Positions 24,201-36,579 of a stretch of 64,000 nt of DNA are shown piece after piece. Source of the stretch: an uncultured virus (IMG/VR IMGVR_UViG_3300044639_002137) (lineage: Duplodnaviria; Heunggongvirae; Uroviricota; Caudoviricetes). The notes beneath the pieces were generated by a model that searched no databases, was not told the DNA's origin, and saw only the letters and a program-made list of their open reading frames with translations. Numbering within the stretch: position 1 is the first letter of the stretch; each line of letters opens with the position of its first letter. The stretch lies in the IMG/VR virus record IMGVR_UViG_3300044639_002137; one strand, written 5' to 3'. The translations under genes were made by a program, and so were the position numbers.

Positions 24201-26953
24201 GGAACTTGATAAAAGCCCACTGAACTAACTTGATCACTCAGAGCCAGAACTTCAATGACATCGCCAGGTACTATAACAATGTTGCTGTTAAATGTAATTG
24301 TGGTAGTACTAGCAGTAGTAGTAAAGGCATATGCTGTGGGGTCCTGGAAAACACTACCTACATAAATTTTAACACTGGGCACGACTCCTGTTGGAACCAC
24401 AGCCACATCAAGTACCAGCGGCGTATCAACAACTGATGTAAAACTAAATTGTTGATAAATTACACTCTTGGTTGCAGCACGTTGCCATCCAATTTCTTTT
24501 TCATACACAATTCTATCAGCGTATTGACGAACAAATCCAATACTAATAGGATTTTCAGTGCTGATATTATTGTCTACGTGAATGAACGTGTCTGTATAAA
24601 AGTTGTTGTCAAATACAATATCGCCCACATTGTTGATACTAAGGTATCGTAGAGCAAATCCCAACACAGTATCATCAACTCCTGCCCCCACTGCATAACT
24701 GAACAATTTGCTGCCTACAAATGAAGAACTAGGATAAACTGCACGATTACCAAGACTAAATCCATCTTGGTCATATACATTAAACAAGGGCGCCTGGTTA
24801 ACTGATGTTTTTTCTTGTGCTGTGATCCATTGAACACCATCGTAGAAAAAACTTATACCTTGCAAAGTGTTGCCGCTCAAACAAACAGTACATTGATCAA
24901 TCAATACATCTGCATCAGACGCAGGCACTAGATTAATAACTGGCTGAAGTATTAATGTACTGCCATCTGTGCTGGGAGTGATAAACTCCACTAGATAAAT
25001 TTTGTTGCGAACCTGTGGGTCGTTGTCGGCTGCAAAGATCACTCGACTTCCAGAAATAAAAGAGTACCCGTCAACTGCATATCCAATGGTGCCATTGATA
25101 GTTGACAAAGCGTCAGTTGTTTGAAAGTCTATAATGTTTACTGGTGTCTTGGCCTGGGTTCCCATGTCAAACAATCTAGTGCCGCCACGAAATTCTAGAA
25201 TAGGTCGCTTGGCACGAAACGCATTGTCTATAAACGGAACAGTGTTGTTGTATTCTGCAGATGCATTGATGACATCAATATGAAACCAACGATTAGACCT
25301 GGTCCAGGCATTACGGTCAGGACTATCTAGTGCAATAGTAAGATAATCAGGCACCAGAGGTTGATTTAAACTGGCATCAAAGTTACCTATGTCAAACGGC
25401 AGTGAATCAAACGGCACCGTGGCGCTTTTGGTGTAGGTCTCTGGAGTAACGTAATCAGTGATTGGCAACAGTTGTATAGCTGTGCCCACCCCGGCTACAT
25501 AATAGGTTTGATTCTGATAACCAGCAGGAACAACGCTGCCTCTAAAGATAACTTTGAGGTTGTTGGTAAACACCACGCCGTTGGGCGCAACATAATTTTT
25601 CTTGCCAAGGATGTCGGTTACTATATTCAGTGTTTCAACTTGGCTCTGATCAATCAGTCGAATCTGGCCAAAAATTTCTGGGTTGGTTCCATCTTGATAC
25701 CACAGCAGATCTTTGATTGCGGTGAGCAATGGTATTTCTTCAAAATAGCCTTCTGCATCGCGATACCACTGGGTTCCAGCCCATTGAGTCCCAAACATTA
25801 TGGTGAATTTATTCAGCAGCGGACATTGTGTCACTGATGACAATTGCAGAATGGCATTTCCATCATTGTCATATTGATATTGTATTGCCCAAACACTATA
25901 TCGTGTGTCAACATTAAGGATTGGAGTTGTTTGATCGTATACTTGTGTATCAAAACTACCGAGTAATCCATTGTTGGTAGGAATCTGAGCCAATGGATCA
26001 AATTGACTAGTGATCAACCAACCGCCGTCGGTTGGGTCGGCAATCTGATTGGTAAACACCACCGTGCGACCGTTGAGATTTGTGATCCCATCAATGCCCG
26101 ACGGATATTGTGCTAAAAATTCTGACAGATATATGTTGTTGATTTGATTGAATTTCAAATCAGTTATCAAGTCCACTTGTCCAACAGTCGGGGTAGTTGG
26201 CACCAGTGTTAGATCATAATAGAATTGTTGAGCGTTTTTCAGCGGAACATTAAAAGTTACTGTTCCAGCATCTTCGCCGTTGTTGATAACTCCAAGTACG
26301 TCTCTTGAACTGATATTAGGAGCGTAGGGTAGGCGACCGTTTACGCCAGGGTCAGTTTGTATCCAGAAGCCATTGGGGGCTTGATTTACAACAAAATCAT
26401 AGTTGCCGCCGCGAACCAGAGTGATGATGGGATTCTCACCAGCGATTCCTGAAAAATCATATACATCTGCGCCACGAGTAACGTCAAAACTATCTGTTAT
26501 TGGAATCACTGTGGCACCGACGTCCACTGACAACGGACCGGCTGGCAACCAATAGTACTGACTGTAGTTTGCAAATTTATCAAAACTAATAAACGGATCC
26601 CAGGTATAGTAATCACTGGTATATAATCTGTCTGAGTCGTTTACCTTTGCGCCTTGGCGAGCCAATGCGTCAGAAATACCAGGATAAGTTATTGCATCAG
26701 AAATATCTGTTGTGTCTGGTTTTAGACTGATTACACCTGGTTCCAGTTGATAATTTGCTCGTGTGGCATTGGGCTCAACCACATAATAGTCATTGGGATT
26801 TACACCCGGGCCAACTTTGCGACCAACAAAACCTTGTGTCTTTTTAAACTGCGGCTCTTGAACCAATTGATCCAGAGTAGCTGCCAAAAATTGTTTGTTG
26901 GTAGCAGTTTGAAATATCGGTGGTAGAAAATCTACGGTTCTTGTTCTATCCAT
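12299..26953 (-). CDS. Giant 4884-aa virion protein (baseplate wedge/fibre-like; FG-GAP-like propeller repeats, small carbohydrate-binding-like modules)
   Basis: Uninterrupted ORF directly after the gp6-like gene. Repeats FGQSVA/FGSSVS/FGYSVA/FGESVS/FGAAID/FGSAVN/FGTSID, W..(Y)..G..V.Y modules, YIKEVKPYH. Confidence 0.8.
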   Translation of the reverse strand: MDRTRTVDFLPPIFQTATNKQFLAATLDQLVQEPQFKKTQGFVGRKVGPGVNPNDYYVVEPNATRANYQLEPGVISLKPDTTDISDAITYPGISDALARQGAKVNDSDRLYTSDYYTWDPFISFDKFANYSQYYWLPAGPLSVDVGATVIPITDSFDVTRGADVYDFSGIAGENPIITLVRGGNYDFVVNQAPNGFWIQTDPGVNGRLPYAPNISSRDVLGVINNGEDAGTVTFNVPLKNAQQFYYDLTLVPTTPTVGQVDLITDLKFNQINNIYLSEFLAQYPSGIDGITNLNGRTVVFTNQIADPTDGGWLITSQFDPLAQIPTNNGLLGSFDTQVYDQTTPILNVDTRYSVWAIQYQYDNDGNAILQLSSVTQCPLLNKFTIMFGTQWAGTQWYRDAEGYFEEIPLLTAIKDLLWYQDGTNPEIFGQIRLIDQSQVETLNIVTDILGKKNYVAPNGVVFTNNLKVIFRGSVVPAGYQNQTYYVAGVGTAIQLLPITDYVTPETYTKSATVPFDSLPFDIGNFDASLNQPLVPDYLTIALDSPDRNAWTRSNRWFHIDVINASAEYNNTVPFIDNAFRAKRPILEFRGGTRLFDMGTQAKTPVNIIDFQTTDALSTINGTIGYAVDGYSFISGSRVIFAADNDPQVRNKIYLVEFITPSTDGSTLILQPVINLVPASDADVLIDQCTVCLSGNTLQGISFFYDGVQWITAQEKTSVNQAPLFNVYDQDGFSLGNRAVYPSSSFVGSKLFSYAVGAGVDDTVLGFALRYLSINNVGDIVFDNNFYTDTFIHVDNNISTENPISIGFVRQYADRIVYEKEIGWQRAATKSVIYQQFSFTSVVDTPLVLDVAVVPTGVVPSVKIYVGSVFQDPTAYAFTTTASTTTITFNSNIVIVPGDVIEVLALSDQVSSVGFYQVPVNLENNPLNGNSANFTLGTVRTHYESIAQNLVSLTGKVNGANNTRDLGNIIPYGLNILQQSSPMTLAGYFLRKPEYEIFAALSYNSREYEKFKAQLLNTAVTNDYVNLTVPEILTAVISDITLGRTSSNPFYWSDMLPTGSVYTQLQTTVTPISTAVFDTTQVYNYTSANYLGLLVYVNDILLTRDLGYVVATDGPRITITLPLAVGDVVTIQEYPETYGSYVPNTPTKLGLYPAYIPEIFLDETYVNPVFVIRGHDGSITRAFGDFRDALLLEFETRIYNNLKLDGNPVPLTTAQVVPGEFRTTDYTLGEITDILSEDFLTWVGWNKLDYKTQDYQQNNQFTWNYSTASNKLTANQPLVVGAWRGLYNYFYDTIYPNTRPWEMLGFSVIPVWWEDEYGPAPYTSGNLVLWEDLAAGLVRDPVAPYVLPEYVRPGLTDVIPSGSEGALLSPMQVMVGNFNSNDFRKSWVVGDDGPVENAWRTSSAYPFAAMRLLALTRPAEFFSLFADRDLYRFDTSINQYLYNGRYRLDANGIEVYGNGVSKASYIDWIVDFNRVSGINSTTALTADLKNLDVRLCYRMASFTGKNLLQIYTEKSSPNSLNSTLLLPDESYNLLFYKNVPFAQLTYSSVIVQSTTTGWAVYGYNMTQPYFSILQSLINGNLATISAGGSTVRVPVEYSNNVVQIPYGYVFTNRTLVADFLLSYGALLQSQGLVFDNLENGYVLDWNQMVSEFLYWSNQGWTDGAIVNLNPGASQLIVERAGAVVDSIAVQTAENMILNADRKPFNARDLVIERSDNRFAVRSVTNETINFLNIKFTSYENMVVLDNVSIFADLIYQPITGARQDRVKLIGTTTTEWNGQLNAQGFVLNQDNIKPWSQNVKYARGEIVEYKNFYYSAIDIVQPSAKFDFNEWTISDYTKIQQGLLPNLANKSNQLANSYNTYTANLEQNQDLFSYGLIGFKPRQYMVSLNLDSTSQVNLYQQFLGTKGTVRAAELFSFADLGRGPAQYDIYENWAVLRATYGANANRSFYELQLNEALLGANPSLIQVVQTGEISEADQTVLLSNLWKQSYKIPSTNILTTTTVNPTDVGLPGAGYVNLDDIDITVFDITNTASLDANLDQIGVGTVIWVAKINDYDWNIYRTSQIPGYISSVSSNLDGTAVLTFTAPHGITVGRQLVVRFFSIEVDGVYRVIGVPSITQIVVDFSFVNSGQLVATGTGIGFVLQTQRVAQASDIITLPYANDLLPGNKVWVDNNGAGLWEVLEKQIVFSSATEITATNPVTNSKFGQSVAQAKSNLYAIVGSPNYNDQGLNAKASVYAATAAVMPAYTYNNGTAGVGATITATAFGALVVDGQTISTIGTRVLVKNETGGNAPDNGIYTLTTAGTGAVYFVLTRSVDMNISTQFNGAFTFVSTGTQNVNTGWIQTAGVVTVGTTPVVWSRLPSTGALYTYVRTEIAQFAENSVLELDGAADTVGFGSSVSIGNQTWQAVGAPASYNNRGYVSAVYRQPDSASFINANLLTVPDTSDLAYPAEFGYSVAVSPDEHWMYIGAPGINKVFAYGLVEVENQSVAYVADGQQFTFNYSNHIIIDGTIYKEQLSVVLNNKLLIYGVDYSQTATNIVFAAAPAKDLVLKIVRKTSQQIDSTTYSELSSNSQTGTGTGAKFTITNTRGVYAASLAVAGTGYAIGNTLTFLGTNIDNANSLPTVATDPANNLVITVASILASGAINTFTIAGSGVGTNNIFPLNEYLYSATSIYSFKVTVNGVLQRPGIDYDFDYNDRDLIFVNVPSNGATIAVATQSYFTFVDTIEFAQQVTASISGTTLTVSNAQPGASALTVGMNLSGAGLAQGTKITALLTGTGAAGTYQVNINQTVASTTITARLGDSARFGESVSCTTDGRQIMVGTPNDYYNAITDAGAVYVFDRAVQNFVVTNAAQTTYTVDGTLVAPTSVVLNNQFLTNTEGNVTGTFTKISTTEVTIDTPLAVGDIIEIEVNKFNLLQIVGAIAPFQSANFGAAIDLCKNNCSLYVGAPQDGSVLPAAGLVQRNVNQSRVYGITASTNPGPRLIPGETIRINDQEVALSQPVAWNSASTYPVDTIVDYGLSLYISIRPVPTGTALSDTTYWQPSSWTAVLAQDINSAGIDNVVAVAGVAGTANYGLITIGVKNMLAADAGNRLTVLPGLIGTTFQRLVFNTFAYTQTVDSPAPAAYAGFGSAVNIDSFATTLTVGAPRGNLYRPNTFDAGTTYFDSRTTTISGPLTQSGVVYTYDYLPSASDSISNPGKFAFGQQIYDQRVQELDLFGTSIDYTNGVLLIGSPGSDIDDSTQSELDYGRVAVFRNLTLTPAWTTIHQQLPVVDVKLVNSVFTYDRVTGAKTNFFDFFDPLQGKILGAARENINYIGAVDPAAYNVGPVNNYGRIWGQVHVGEIWWDTNNVRFIDPNQDNIVYAARRWGQVFPGSTVDVYQWVASDQPPATYAGEGTPRSIVSYDLSTGLNLDGIFTTTYYFWVRGITSIDTNAGKTLSTTGIARYIEEPRSSGIPYVAFVSSSATAIYNAVNDISAQDTILSIEFDREYTDDNVHVEYSLIPENRADGFLPDNLYLKFQDSLCGVNTVGAKVPDPNLSPANSYGVQFRPRQSMFADRFLALENYFERVNTVLAQFPISETRSFTLLNSSEPEPTAGTGAWDKRVANLEELSYQDFAIVPVGYKYLVAADSAQNGLWTIYSVTTAKTFASLMLVRVQNYDTRKYWSYIDWYLIGYNQSSQIVAEVLVYSSLDTLSIYTVPVGASVRVTANAQGKWEIYLRTDTGWDRVGLQDGTIAIAAELWDYQLGRFGFDSEVFDAQYFDQEPVIETRKIIQAINQELLIGELLIERNKALILMFNFVLSEFEAPDWLSKTSLVDVDHKIRQLLPFQTYQRDNQDFVVDYIKEVKPYHVQIRETNLIYDGSDVYQGSMTDFDVPSFYNTIQIPNQFMSPVLTPYTQSTAVGTGTSNTYSDTAPDSPVWQTEPWNFWYNNYTLNIQDIVVVDGGVGYTEPPVATVTGDCLIQATMTVDVNSAGKITGVIITNPGAGYLTTALIELSGGNGVGGRIVAVMGNDLVRSINTTIKFDRYQYVSTILDWEPTVQYDNGTLVRYDNRVWEASNADSSAVESVTFDPEQWTLVSASTLSGVDRTMGLYVPTANEPGLDLPLLIDGIDYPGVQVTAPTFDQNSGFDVGNFDINPFDNIAYGPEGLPTYDPAILDAIYESRFVDIYLGTRPYDVNVTGGEFVGPYESHAPEELIPGSEYDTLDFRVYTRPGSDWELNGHGFAWEIVKWYYDSVSAPGQSFDGIVPNPVQVRVTNQTQGRELNLDTDYIVNWVTNTVTILTSVSAPPAANGDVLVVSIYGIGGGNQLYKTSVNGATVGNTFNIPVAVNEIEDMVIFVNGVLITNYTYTAGTNNTTNILFATSYGVADELNITAIGSTDGSLPNSWSTPQTQYFVSFGQLEYSLDNSMQGTNTANLIVERNGIRARPPEGAYYIADGSSAYPLPNRGGYSLALVADNDVRVWVNNQELTLYSEFTIEPYVLDDDTRDVEFAIPPSSGSEVLISVSTKADYILQSDGSSLYNTLLVWRTTNGFYPIAGDIISVTSWNDTSQQEIVTLLWQGPVTTGVVVPEPYDSTDFDVGLVTGLPGSYDYSAGQLVTTNDFQLGRIVPDPTRMVVTKNGNRIFYGDDYLIVGEQLVIHGPVISVIDVVVAQLFTDSVVPEQMEFRIFQDMRGVQATYRMTPSTTTTLTQDLYLDQDIIYVDNAAALTQPNLAINVWGVLTINGERIMYRYLDIDNNLVSGLRRGTAGTAPNVHTAGAIVYNLGRGNLAPEEYQDHVVYTNTLGNGTTVTFSAPNIDLSQLTLSFAEQAILVFVGGIRVTAGYTVDSVAPATVTFDTAPDNGYEVSILVRQGFGWYQPANGNPSDGQALQVTNTDAARFFRGQI

Positions 26954-29900
26954 TAAATTACTCCACTGCCTGGTGCGGTTCTAAGGTTGGTTGACGTCAA
27001 TGCAGTGATCACTTCTACTGAGCTGACTCCGGCTGCATTAACAAAAATTTCATCTGGGGCTGACCGTATTTCATACAGGTCACCAAAACTCTTTAATGGG
27101 TCTAGAGGTACTAGTACCACAGAACTCACAATGCCGCCCATATTTCTGTGGATGTAGGCTGCAAGTTCTGAGAAATAAAATGTATCTCCAAAGTCCCATA
27201 TATCAATTGAAAAATAATCATTCAAGTTGGCAACTACTAGATTTTTAATTTCACTTTCGCTGGCTGTTGAATTGGCTGCACGAATAACTTTGATTGTGGC
27301 TCTGAGTTCTTGTGCTGCTTTGGCGCCAAACAGTGGCTTGAATACTACTGAATTTACAACCACATTGTCTGAAATCATCTTGTAGTTGTTAAGATTTTGA
27401 TAAGCGGTTGACAACTCATTAATTGTGGGCACACTAGGTTTAGGCACCGTATCGGTGGTGTCTCTAATCCAGTTTTGATAAGCATTATAATAGCTTTGTG
27501 TGACCACATACAAGTCAATGATGTTGGTTGTTCCTGGATCAATACGAGATGTCAGTGGAGCATTGTGTCTGTATTGAAAATACAAACTCTGGCGTCCAAC
27601 TCTTGCAATCCAATCTGAAGATACATCTACAAGTGATCGCACAAACGTTGTACTGACCACTAGTTCATAAAAAGCACCCACTTGACCAGCCAAGGGTCCA
27701 ACATAAATTTCTTGGTCGTAAGCATAGAAAATCTGTCCTGCAACATATTCTCCTTTGACCGCTTCAATATCGTTCTTGATTGCAAACTCACTGACCACGC
27801 GGCCTGGTTCAACTAGAATATAGCGTTGCAGATTATCAAAGTCCACTGTCTTTTCAAAGAACACCAGTTTTGAATTTGGAACAACCAACGGTGCCACAAT
27901 TTCATCAAAGAAATCTGGATCATCTGCTACTCCATCACTGTCAACATCTTGGTAACTGACAATCACTTGATAGTCGTCGACGTATCCGTCGGACTCAACT
28001 GGCTGTCCAATGATAGAAAGACTGATGTCCCCGGGCAGAGGTTGATTGGAATCTGGCAAGCTGTTGGTTCTCAACACCTTGACAAAGTCGCTGATTGTTG
28101 TACCTGTGCGAGTGTCAAAAATGCGTTGCCCTGACTCAAAGAAGAATCTTGTTTGCAGCACCGAGCCAAAGTTGTATACCAGAGAACGGCTGGTCACAGT
28201 GTAGCTGAGTCCATCTGTTAGACATTGAATAACCCAGCTTGCATCTTGGCCTGTGCCCGATGTATCTTGTGCATTGGCCAGGCTAAAGTCAGCATTGACA
28301 GCAAGATTATTAGACGTGATCAGATACCAGGTCTGCGTGGTATTATCATATCCAAGTCCAAAGTTTCTAAACAACAAAATCTGATCAGCAATTGAAGATT
28401 CAAGGCTGGCTGGAATATCTGTGACCAACAACGGAATCACTGATACAGGTATTGCTCCTGTGGGCACAAAATTATTAAGTGTAACTGGTCCAGTTCCGTC
28501 GTCAAAGTTGCCTTGCCCCTGGTTGGTACCGTTCAAAACAATAATGCTTGGGCTGGCCCAGATGGTCAGTGTTTCATCTGCACGAACAGGAGTTCCTAGT
28601 CGTAGTCTATTGTTGGCATCAAAGTAATAGCCAGCAGGCGCAGCAAACTTTACCAGGCTACCCACTTGAATATACTTTGTGTTGTTGCTAGAAAAGGTGC
28701 CAATAGGAACAGGACCGCCAGTGGCATTTACAAAATAGCCAGTGGTTTCATTGGCCATTGTGGTACTTTGATTCCAGGTAATATCAAGCACCGCCAAGTC
28801 AGGTCTTGGAAAATTTGCATAATAGAATTGTGTAAAACCATTGGTAATCAACAGTGGTTGTATCTGATTGGTAATTACGCTGGCAATATCATTGCGATTC
28901 AACCACGAAAACACAAATGTGGGCAGTTGATTTTCTTCCCACAGGGCACCGTCAGATCCAAAAATATTAGTTGAGCTATATTTGCCTGTGTTGTCCACTA
29001 GATCAAGATATCGACTGGTACCAATGCTGGCACGATTCAGTGCCTTGCTTTTGATAATTGAGTTGTACAAGGTAAACGGAAAGTTGTTGTAGTCTTCACC
29101 GTTGACCATGCGGTTCTGTGTGTAGTATCTAGCAGGAGCACGTTGTTTGATTTCGTCTAGAGTTTCTCTGGCCTGTGCATTACTGACAGGAGTGGTAATA
29201 CCACAAGTGAATGTAATTGTTTGCAACTGACCAGTTCTGCTGATGTAGCTGATTGGCAAGACCACACTTTGCATTTCTTCAGGATTGATAATGTATTGCA
29301 GGCCGTTGGACGCACGAACATAGGCTCGGAACAATCCCACTGGAATAGCAGAAAATACACCATCGCCAAATGTCAACGTGATCTGATCGTTGGTTCTTGA
29401 TGTTGTGGAAAACAATTTGCGTTGATCAGGTGTCAACTGTTCTGCTGCCGCAGCAAAAACTGATTCTACATACTGCCATTGGCCCACAACATTACCCACA
29501 TTGTCCAACTGGAATACCCAACGGTCTTCATTGTTGACACCTTCGATGTTGATGTTGACTGTGCGATTGCTGATTCGTTCTGCCAGATTAAAATCTTGAC
29601 TTTGCAATACACCCTGTTTGAAATAAAAGAAATAGCCAGTGTTGGCTGCTGCAAATCCCAGAGAGTCACTGCGGAACAGGATATTGAAAATGCCATTGGC
29701 CACAGGGGCAGGCTCGTAGATATAGTCTTGACCCACGGATGTGGAATTCACTGCTTCAAAAGGCATGTTGACACCGTCCACTGTGGCATTGTATGGCAAC
29801 ACCGGCAAGAATCCTGGAACCAGATTGATAGCATATTCAGATGTGTTCACACCCACAATGTCTTGACGATTGCCCGGGCGACCCACACGTTGAGTGTCCA

Positions 29901-30393
29901 CTAGAGCAGCATTTATGACGGCTGTGAATTGTTCTGCCCAGTTTAGATTGGTAGGATCGTTCCAGTTGATAGTAACATTGGCTAGGTCAATTCCGTTGAA
30001 GTCTGTGACATTTTCGGTGGTTTGTACTGAAAACACTTTGAGGTAACCTTGAGCAGCGGTATTTCGTTTGGCAGTGTAGCTCACTAGGTTGGCCAGGCGC
30101 ACCACCGAGTCTCTACGTTCCGCGGTGTCTATGTAATTTTCACGGGTGTTAAGATCATTTCGGAAGGCCATTGCCTGACCCATGAATGCAACAACGTCTA
30201 GTAATGCAATGAATTCTGAACTTTCAATGTAGTCATTGAATGTTTCAGGATAGTACTGTCGAAGATAATCTACAAAACTTTTTCGCAAAGTTTCAAAGTC
30301 GTAGCTTTGAAAGTCAGCTTCTCTAAAGGTCTGATAGATGCGTTTCCAGTCTTCAACGCCAAATACAACTGTTTGTCTAGTAGTGCGTGCCAT
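26953..30393 (-). CDS. gp6: Baseplate wedge protein, gp6-like
   Basis: [76 protein letters not shown]; adjacent to gp25-like gene. Confidence 0.8.
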   Translation of the reverse strand: MARTTRQTVVFGVEDWKRIYQTFREADFQSYDFETLRKSFVDYLRQYYPETFNDYIESSEFIALLDVVAFMGQAMAFRNDLNTRENYIDTAERRDSVVRLANLVSYTAKRNTAAQGYLKVFSVQTTENVTDFNGIDLANVTINWNDPTNLNWAEQFTAVINAALVDTQRVGRPGNRQDIVGVNTSEYAINLVPGFLPVLPYNATVDGVNMPFEAVNSTSVGQDYIYEPAPVANGIFNILFRSDSLGFAAANTGYFFYFKQGVLQSQDFNLAERISNRTVNINIEGVNNEDRWVFQLDNVGNVVGQWQYVESVFAAAAEQLTPDQRKLFSTTSRTNDQITLTFGDGVFSAIPVGLFRAYVRASNGLQYIINPEEMQSVVLPISYISRTGQLQTITFTCGITTPVSNAQARETLDEIKQRAPARYYTQNRMVNGEDYNNFPFTLYNSIIKSKALNRASIGTSRYLDLVDNTGKYSSTNIFGSDGALWEENQLPTFVFSWLNRNDIASVITNQIQPLLITNGFTQFYYANFPRPDLAVLDITWNQSTTMANETTGYFVNATGGPVPIGTFSSNNTKYIQVGSLVKFAAPAGYYFDANNRLRLGTPVRADETLTIWASPSIIVLNGTNQGQGNFDDGTGPVTLNNFVPTGAIPVSVIPLLVTDIPASLESSIADQILLFRNFGLGYDNTTQTWYLITSNNLAVNADFSLANAQDTSGTGQDASWVIQCLTDGLSYTVTSRSLVYNFGSVLQTRFFFESGQRIFDTRTGTTISDFVKVLRTNSLPDSNQPLPGDISLSIIGQPVESDGYVDDYQVIVSYQDVDSDGVADDPDFFDEIVAPLVVPNSKLVFFEKTVDFDNLQRYILVEPGRVVSEFAIKNDIEAVKGEYVAGQIFYAYDQEIYVGPLAGQVGAFYELVVSTTFVRSLVDVSSDWIARVGRQSLYFQYRHNAPLTSRIDPGTTNIIDLYVVTQSYYNAYQNWIRDTTDTVPKPSVPTINELSTAYQNLNNYKMISDNVVVNSVVFKPLFGAKAAQELRATIKVIRAANSTASESEIKNLVVANLNDYFSIDIWDFGDTFYFSELAAYIHRNMGGIVSSVVLVPLDPLKSFGDLYEIRSAPDEIFVNAAGVSSVEVITALTSTNLRTAPGSGVI

Positions 30394-30439
30394 GATATTC
30401 CGTTAATATGTTATTTACCGATAAAGTAAACGGCTACTT

Positions 30440-30814
30440 TTATACAAACGAAGCTCTGCGCTGTTGTTGATCAAAAAATACACTCAGCAATTGTGCGTCT
30501 GCACCAGCTACCAGTTGTATCTCTAGTTCAATTAACACACCGTTTTCTTGTGGGTACACTTGTGCATCATTTAGATAAATTCTAGGATCGCCGCCGGCTA
30601 CTCTTTGCACTTCACGCAGAATATTAGCCATGGTAGTTTGATCCTGGCTTTCAAACAAAAAACTCCAGAGTGTGGTTCCGTATGATGGACGACCAGGCAA
30701 TTGTCCTTGCCAGACATTGAATGCGTTCAGTAGGTCGCGCTTGATTAATTCGCCGTCTACCAGCGTGAATTTTTTGTATTGATTCTGTGTGTTAAATCCA
30801 ATGAATGTGGCCAT
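30440..30814 (-). CDS. gp25: Baseplate wedge gp25-like protein
   Basis: LIKRDLLNAF...G....PSYGT.LW..LFE...DPRI pattern; 124 aa. Confidence 0.8.
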   Translation of the reverse strand: MATFIGFNTQNQYKKFTLVDGELIKRDLLNAFNVWQGQLPGRPSYGTTLWSFLFESQDQTTMANILREVQRVAGGDPRIYLNDAQVYPQENGVLIELEIQLVAGADAQLLSVFFDQQQRRASFV

Positions 30815-30822
30815 ACAGATAT

Positions 30823-31917
30823 TTAGCTGGTGCCCGGAGGTGCAAAATCTGGTACAGATATTTTGCTGTTGCCAATGACTTTTTTCACTGCTTCGTTCAA
30901 ATTAGATCGGTTCACAGTGTTGGTGAATCCTTTGGCTGCCTGTACACCTGCCTCTAGTGGGTTACCGCCGCCGGATATATCAGCATTTAAACCAGCAAAC
31001 GCCTGTGCAAATTCTGCTGATTTGGCAAAGTTATTCATTTGGCTGATTAGTGCAGCTGGAGCGCCGCCTGCGCCGCCAGCAAGTAGTCCGCCAATTCCGC
31101 CACCACTAACTAATGATCCTAGTGACCCCAGCGACCCTAGCGATCCCAGTGACGGTGCAGTTTTGAGCCATTCTGTTGCATTACCCAGCCCAAACTTTGT
31201 GGCATTGTTCAACAACGGGCCCAGTTGCGATGCTACCTCTGTTCCACTAATTGCCCCTACTTGTTTGAGTTGATCAAAGTTCACATTCATTAGGCCTTGC
31301 TGCACTGTGGTTTGCAGTCGTTCGTTGCCCAGAACCGAGGTTAAATCTGTAGCACCCAACTTGCCTGTCCAGCTGGTGGGACTTGACAATATGCTGGTAA
31401 ATTTGCTGGGATCCAGATTGATCTGTTCAGCCAGACCCGGTTTGATCAGGCCTGACAACTGCAACTGATCAGCATTGAGACCAAACTTGCCAAGACCTTT
31501 GGTATTTGTGATTGCTGTCGCAGCCTGGCCCACCGACGTACTAGTTTGTGCTATTAGTCCTTGTATTTGTGCAGGATTAATTGAGCCTATGTTTTGTTGG
31601 CCCACTGTTGTTTTGACAAAGTCACTTACTCCTATTGGATTGGGAATAGGCATTCCTCTTAGGTCTGGAAGATTGATTGTGCTTCCTAGTTGTAGGGCTT
31701 GTGCAAGTGATGCTGGTCCTATTTGAGCTATGGCTGCTGATAGGCCGCCTGTGGCTTGTGTGACTGCATTGACTAAACTACCTATTGGAATTCCTGTTAG
31801 CCCGCCGGTACTGATTTGTTGATCAAATATTGCCCTGGCTTGTTCCACAGTGGCACCCGATGGTCCTTCTACATCATATACTTCGCCGTTCGGTCCTGTA
31901 AATGAAAATTTACTCAT
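30823..31917 (-). CDS. Hypothetical baseplate-associated protein
   Basis: 364-aa ORF between gp5-like and gp25-like genes; Gly-rich SLG repeats. Confidence 0.6.
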   Translation of the reverse strand: MSKFSFTGPNGEVYDVEGPSGATVEQARAIFDQQISTGGLTGIPIGSLVNAVTQATGGLSAAIAQIGPASLAQALQLGSTINLPDLRGMPIPNPIGVSDFVKTTVGQQNIGSINPAQIQGLIAQTSTSVGQAATAITNTKGLGKFGLNADQLQLSGLIKPGLAEQINLDPSKFTSILSSPTSWTGKLGATDLTSVLGNERLQTTVQQGLMNVNFDQLKQVGAISGTEVASQLGPLLNNATKFGLGNATEWLKTAPSLGSLGSLGSLGSLVSGGGIGGLLAGGAGGAPAALISQMNNFAKSAEFAQAFAGLNADISGGGNPLEAGVQAAKGFTNTVNRSNLNEAVKKVIGNSKISVPDFAPPGTS

Positions 31918-33425
31918 GATTTTCTAACTATGCCCCAACTGGAAGGAACTGGTTCAGCATCCGGCGGAGGAGTAGGAGTTCCTTCTGTAAGACTTACACT
32001 GGCAGCTACACCTTGGTTGTGATACGGATACGGTTCGTGCGTTGGTGCTCTTGTGACAATACTTTCTAGTGCATTGGGTTTTACTTGCCAACCAGTAGAG
32101 TTGTCAAATGTAGTGTCGTCCAGGGTTGTTTTAGGATACAGTTTGGGAACCTTAACATCTGCAGCACTGCCGCCGTTGAGATCAATCTTGCTGGCCTTGA
32201 ATTTCAATGCTGAGCCACCGTCCCAGGATCCACCTTGACTTTTTAATGCTAGACTGCCATCACTTCGAATGCCAATTGGTGCTTGGCTGTAAATGGTCAT
32301 GGCACCTTGACTGGCCATGTTCATGGTAGTCACAGCACCAATGTTAGTGGCTGCATTTGATTTCATGTTGATGTTGCCACCAGCAAACATATTGATGTCT
32401 TTGTCAGCATGTAAATTGATAGTTCCGTTGGTTCTTACGTTTACACTGTTGGTTGAAAACACATCTACTGTGCCTTCGGATCCTAGTTCAATCCAGGTTT
32501 GCCCATTGGAATGAATGAACTGAAAAAAGTTTTCTGAATCATTCATCATGATCTGATGACCCTTGGCCGTTCGTAGTCTAAGCAAGGCATTAGTACCTTC
32601 TAGGTCACCATCATCCATGACCAGTGTGTGTCCACCTTTGCGGCCTATTACTTTGACATCTTGCGGCTTCAGTTCACCTGCATTCAATTTCTGGCGTATG
32701 GTGTTGGGATCTGCGCCACCTTGATAGATAGGTTGCCCCGGTGTGCTAATACCATACACCGTGCTAGGACTTTCTCGTTGTGCATTTGAAATAATAGGAC
32801 CACGTTCAGGATCGTTATTCAGTCCTTGTTGAAAGAATATAGCTGCTTGAAAACTATGCACAGGCTTGGGTTGATCAAAGAATCGTGGATTTTTGTTAAT
32901 CTCTTTGTTGGCCGAATTGATTTCAGTAACCGGCAGCTGAGGTGAGTTGGCAAAATATTCTGCTTGTGACTTGTTCTGAGTAACATACTCGCCTGACTTT
33001 GCGGCACCAATCGCCGGCAACATATGATTCAAACTGTCTTGAATTACCGATCCAATGTAGTAGCCTTGATTTGGATCACCTTCTACAAAAAAGCACATTA
33101 CGTCAGAGCCAATATCAGGTGGAGTAAACCACATGCCGTAGCTTTGTTGATTTCCTGGATAGGTGCCTGCGCCTGCACTGGTGCTGGTTTTTTCTGTGGC
33201 ACCGTAAAAAGACGGAAGATAGTTTACCCATCTCCAGGCCTGAGGATTAGAAGCTGGTTGTCCACTTGCAAACTGTTTGATAAACACTTGTAGTTTGCCG
33301 TTGCGAGTAGGGTCGACATTGTTCATAATTTGTCCAATGAACGGCCCCATTTCTGCAGGTGTGCCGCCACGATCAAATTTATAATTGGGTGCGCTGCCTG
33401 ACGGTTGGGCGTTATTTTGTGCCAT
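31914..33425 (-). CDS. gp5: Baseplate hub/central spike, gp5/VgrG-like (no recognisable lysozyme domain)
   Basis: OB-fold DPTRNGKLQVFI..PPDIGSDVMCFF, then GHTLVMDD/GHQIMMND and beta-helix repeats; C-terminal PTHEPY.H. Confidence 0.75.
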   Translation of the reverse strand: MAQNNAQPSGSAPNYKFDRGGTPAEMGPFIGQIMNNVDPTRNGKLQVFIKQFASGQPASNPQAWRWVNYLPSFYGATEKTSTSAGAGTYPGNQQSYGMWFTPPDIGSDVMCFFVEGDPNQGYYIGSVIQDSLNHMLPAIGAAKSGEYVTQNKSQAEYFANSPQLPVTEINSANKEINKNPRFFDQPKPVHSFQAAIFFQQGLNNDPERGPIISNAQRESPSTVYGISTPGQPIYQGGADPNTIRQKLNAGELKPQDVKVIGRKGGHTLVMDDGDLEGTNALLRLRTAKGHQIMMNDSENFFQFIHSNGQTWIELGSEGTVDVFSTNSVNVRTNGTINLHADKDINMFAGGNINMKSNAATNIGAVTTMNMASQGAMTIYSQAPIGIRSDGSLALKSQGGSWDGGSALKFKASKIDLNGGSAADVKVPKLYPKTTLDDTTFDNSTGWQVKPNALESIVTRAPTHEPYPYHNQGVAASVSLTEGTPTPPPDAEPVPSSWGIVRKS

Positions 33426-33434
33426 ATGTGTCCT

Positions 33435-35096
33435 TTATGTTCCTTGATCGTCGTTTACTACACCCTGTGAAGGATTTGGGTCAGGAGCTGGTGATAAATC
33501 TAGTCCATCGGCTCCGCCTGTGGGATTTCCTCGTAGCGTAGGTGGCGGCTGAAATTGTGTAGTTGGAATATCTGCGCCGTCTATGCTGGCAGGTTTTGCT
33601 GGTAACGGTTGAGCTCCGGATGTTGATGTAATAACATTGGTTGTGGGCGCGGGTGCTGCGTATTCTTCGGCAGCGGGCACAGCCGATGCTGCACCTGCTT
33701 GCAATACTCTTGATGTTGATTGTATTATTTGATTGGTAGGTAATACACCACCGGTGGCTGCTATTATACGATCACCAACACCTGAGGTTTTTGCTGTGGT
33801 CGTTGGTGGTGTGGTATTTCTTCCGGTATCTGTTGTCTTGGTAGGGGCTGTGTCTGTTACCCAGATACCTTTGAGTTCTTGAGTAAACTTGCCGCCTCTG
33901 AATGTGCTTTTGCAATTTGTGGCTTGATATGTTACTGCTTCTTGTGCTAGTCCAGCCTTGCCCTGAGCACGATCTACAAAGTAGTTGTTTTTTCCTGGGT
34001 CCATGAGTCCAGTATTGAGATCGTAGTCTCTGGGTTGGTTCCAGGCAAATTCAAAGTATGCACCAGATGCTTTGGCATTTATAGTGCCATCGGCTTCGAA
34101 CGGTGCCGTAACAAACTTGCCCGGTTGCATGGCTTTTGGAGACGGGATCCAGGCAGGATCTCCCATGATCACTAATCTAATGTTGGCCAAGTCAACTGAG
34201 TACAGATAGTCGGCTGCGTTTGCACCAGGTTCAAATGTTTTGCCGTCGCCACCTTGACGTGCTTGGCCGCTGGCTGGCATTACTCTTTTTTTCCAGAGTT
34301 CTCGGCTGTTGATTGATTGCTTTCCTGCTGCGGCTGTTGCGGCATCACTTGTGATAGCTTGACTCCATAGTTTGTTAAACTCCTGCTCGTACTGCAAGAC
34401 CTGTGTGTTTTGCCCTGTGAACCAGTAATTAAATACTTTGTGAACACCACGAGAAGCACCGCTTTCAAAATACTCGCTGGCCACTGGTGTCTGATACGGT
34501 GCCACAGTATAAATCATTTTGTACGCAAAATCGTTTTGTTTTGGATCGTACTGCAAGGGTTGTGCTTCACAACTGACACTGAACCAGGCAAATCTCTGCG
34601 GCGACGGACCGTTATTGTCCCAGGTATTAGTTTCTGAATTCCAGGTGACTTTTTGTTGTGCAGTAATATAACTACTGCTGCGTATTACTGTGTCAATGAA
34701 TTGCACAATCTGTTGTCCTGCTGTTGCAGACTTTTGTCGCACAGTTGGACTCATGCTTTGTTTTTCACTCAGCAGTTGATCAGCTGCTGTTGCTGTAACA
34801 GTTCCGCCTGCCATACTTTTGTCCAACGGCCCTGGCGGAACAACACTGGCATTTTCTAATATAGGATCAGCAAATTTAATTTCGTAAACATCTGGTATAA
34901 AGCCACTTTTTTTGGCTTGCTCTGCATAGAACGTATTTAACGCTGCGCACAGGCCGCTGCCAACTGTTGTGGCACCAGGTTTGGGTGCAGCGGCTGCGTT
35001 AGGAGGTGCACCAACACCACCAACTGCGCTCTCACCTGGTTTGGTTTGTGGTACATTATCAGTTGCTGATATTATTCGAGGGATTGCGGTGGCCAT
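33435..35096 (-). CDS. Putative baseplate hub protein (C-terminal-type part)
   Basis: 553 aa immediately upstream of gp5-like; LVIMGDPAWI and STFRGGKFTQEL resemble gp27/GpD-type hub ends. Confidence 0.5.
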   Translation of the reverse strand: MATAIPRIISATDNVPQTKPGESAVGGVGAPPNAAAAPKPGATTVGSGLCAALNTFYAEQAKKSGFIPDVYEIKFADPILENASVVPPGPLDKSMAGGTVTATAADQLLSEKQSMSPTVRQKSATAGQQIVQFIDTVIRSSSYITAQQKVTWNSETNTWDNNGPSPQRFAWFSVSCEAQPLQYDPKQNDFAYKMIYTVAPYQTPVASEYFESGASRGVHKVFNYWFTGQNTQVLQYEQEFNKLWSQAITSDAATAAAGKQSINSRELWKKRVMPASGQARQGGDGKTFEPGANAADYLYSVDLANIRLVIMGDPAWIPSPKAMQPGKFVTAPFEADGTINAKASGAYFEFAWNQPRDYDLNTGLMDPGKNNYFVDRAQGKAGLAQEAVTYQATNCKSTFRGGKFTQELKGIWVTDTAPTKTTDTGRNTTPPTTTAKTSGVGDRIIAATGGVLPTNQIIQSTSRVLQAGAASAVPAAEEYAAPAPTTNVITSTSGAQPLPAKPASIDGADIPTTQFQPPPTLRGNPTGGADGLDLSPAPDPNPSQGVVNDDQGT

Positions 35097-35097
35097 A

Positions 35098-36576
35098 TTA
35101 TTGTCCGGAATCTAAAAGTGCTTGTGCTCGTTGTGCAGGATCCTGCACAGTGTTACTGCCCGGAGGAGATGACTCTATAGGTGCACCGTTTCTGGTTTCG
35201 TCTCCGGCTGCCTGGCTTGCTGTTTGTTGAACCACGCTGCCAACCAATATGTCCTTGACTGTGCTTCCTTGAAATTGAAAATTCTGTGGTATGCTGCCAC
35301 GATCAGTGCTGAAGCCAGTGATGTCAGGAACTGCAATTCCTTTGATCATGTATTCAACCAACTTGTTAGCAACTTTGAACTCTACTCCAGTAATTGTAAA
35401 CGGCACAAACTTTTCAATTGCTGCACGATTGTCTGTGCCACCAGTTTTTCTTGCAATAGGTTGCACAAGATTGCCATTGATATCATAGCCATAAAATCTT
35501 ATTACCATGCAATACTGTGCTGCGGCATAGTTTATAGGGGTTCCAGGTTTGGCTATATTTTTAGATTCGTACAACTCTCTCACAGCATTCAATAAATTGC
35601 TCAACAGTGTGATTCCATTGGGTTCGGTCACAGTAAAACTCAGTTCTGTGAGTTGTGCCGACCCGCCTGCTGCAGGAGTACTACTATAAATGGTGCTGAG
35701 TTCAAAATTATCAATATAAAAATCCAAAGGAAAGAACGGACTGCGAGCTGCTACTGGGGCACCACCGCTTTGTACCAACAAATAGTAACCGTTGAGATTT
35801 TTCTTATCAGATTTTATCAAGGTCTTGTATGTGTCAGGATCCATCAAATACCAACTTAGACTATATGTATAACTGGCATACTGATCTAGCACATTATCCT
35901 GTGCCACAATGGCATTGGATGCACCGCCATACAATTCGTCCAGTCTATTACGGACCGTGGCAGCGCCGTTGACACTAGCAGCATCGTCGCTGCGGGCTCC
36001 TACTCCGCCTTGTTTGCCGTTGTTTACAGGAGTGGCTCCGGGCACTGCTCCTGAACTTTGCAATTGATTAAATGCTCGTTGCTGAGGATCCAGCAACGGC
36101 GGAGTCCGCAATGGACCCGATGCTGGTGGATCAGATTCAGATTGACTATTGGTTAATGTAACAGTGGGGTCATCGGTGCCAGAATCAACGTCTCCTGTTT
36201 CTGCAGTTGGTGGTAGATCAGCATTGGTCGGACCTGCTGTGGTTTTTTCAACTATTCTACCATCTGGTGTTTCGACCTGCTGGGCAGGAACAGGATTGTT
36301 CGGACTAGCACCATCGTCCCGCGCAGTTTGTGCTTCTCTAGTGGTATCAGCGGAACTGGCAACCGGTGCCAACTGATTTTGTTGAGCTGTTGCCAGTTCT
36401 GTTTGCAGAGTCACAATCCTGTCCCGAGTTTGTTCCAAATTACGTTGGGCCTGTCTTATTTGTAGCGGAGTTGCAGTTGGATCTTGTAATATTTCTTCAA
36501 ACACACGTAGACGATCTTGGAAAAATGCAATATCCAATTCAAGCCGGCGAATTTCGCTTTGAGCAAATGATGACAT
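35098..36576 (-). CDS. Putative baseplate hub protein (N-terminal-type part)
   Basis: 492 aa; NVLDQYASYTY, FTVTEPNGITLL, FYGYD; in the baseplate operon. Confidence 0.5.
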   Translation of the reverse strand: MSSFAQSEIRRLELDIAFFQDRLRVFEEILQDPTATPLQIRQAQRNLEQTRDRIVTLQTELATAQQNQLAPVASSADTTREAQTARDDGASPNNPVPAQQVETPDGRIVEKTTAGPTNADLPPTAETGDVDSGTDDPTVTLTNSQSESDPPASGPLRTPPLLDPQQRAFNQLQSSGAVPGATPVNNGKQGGVGARSDDAASVNGAATVRNRLDELYGGASNAIVAQDNVLDQYASYTYSLSWYLMDPDTYKTLIKSDKKNLNGYYLLVQSGGAPVAARSPFFPLDFYIDNFELSTIYSSTPAAGGSAQLTELSFTVTEPNGITLLSNLLNAVRELYESKNIAKPGTPINYAAAQYCMVIRFYGYDINGNLVQPIARKTGGTDNRAAIEKFVPFTITGVEFKVANKLVEYMIKGIAVPDITGFSTDRGSIPQNFQFQGSTVKDILVGSVVQQTASQAAGDETRNGAPIESSPPGSNTVQDPAQRAQALLDSGQ

Positions 36577-36579
36577 TGA

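Noticed and set aside
12383..30300. Plus-strand ORFs overlapping the giant baseplate genes
   Set aside because: No recognisable motifs or initiation signals; they are antisense shadows
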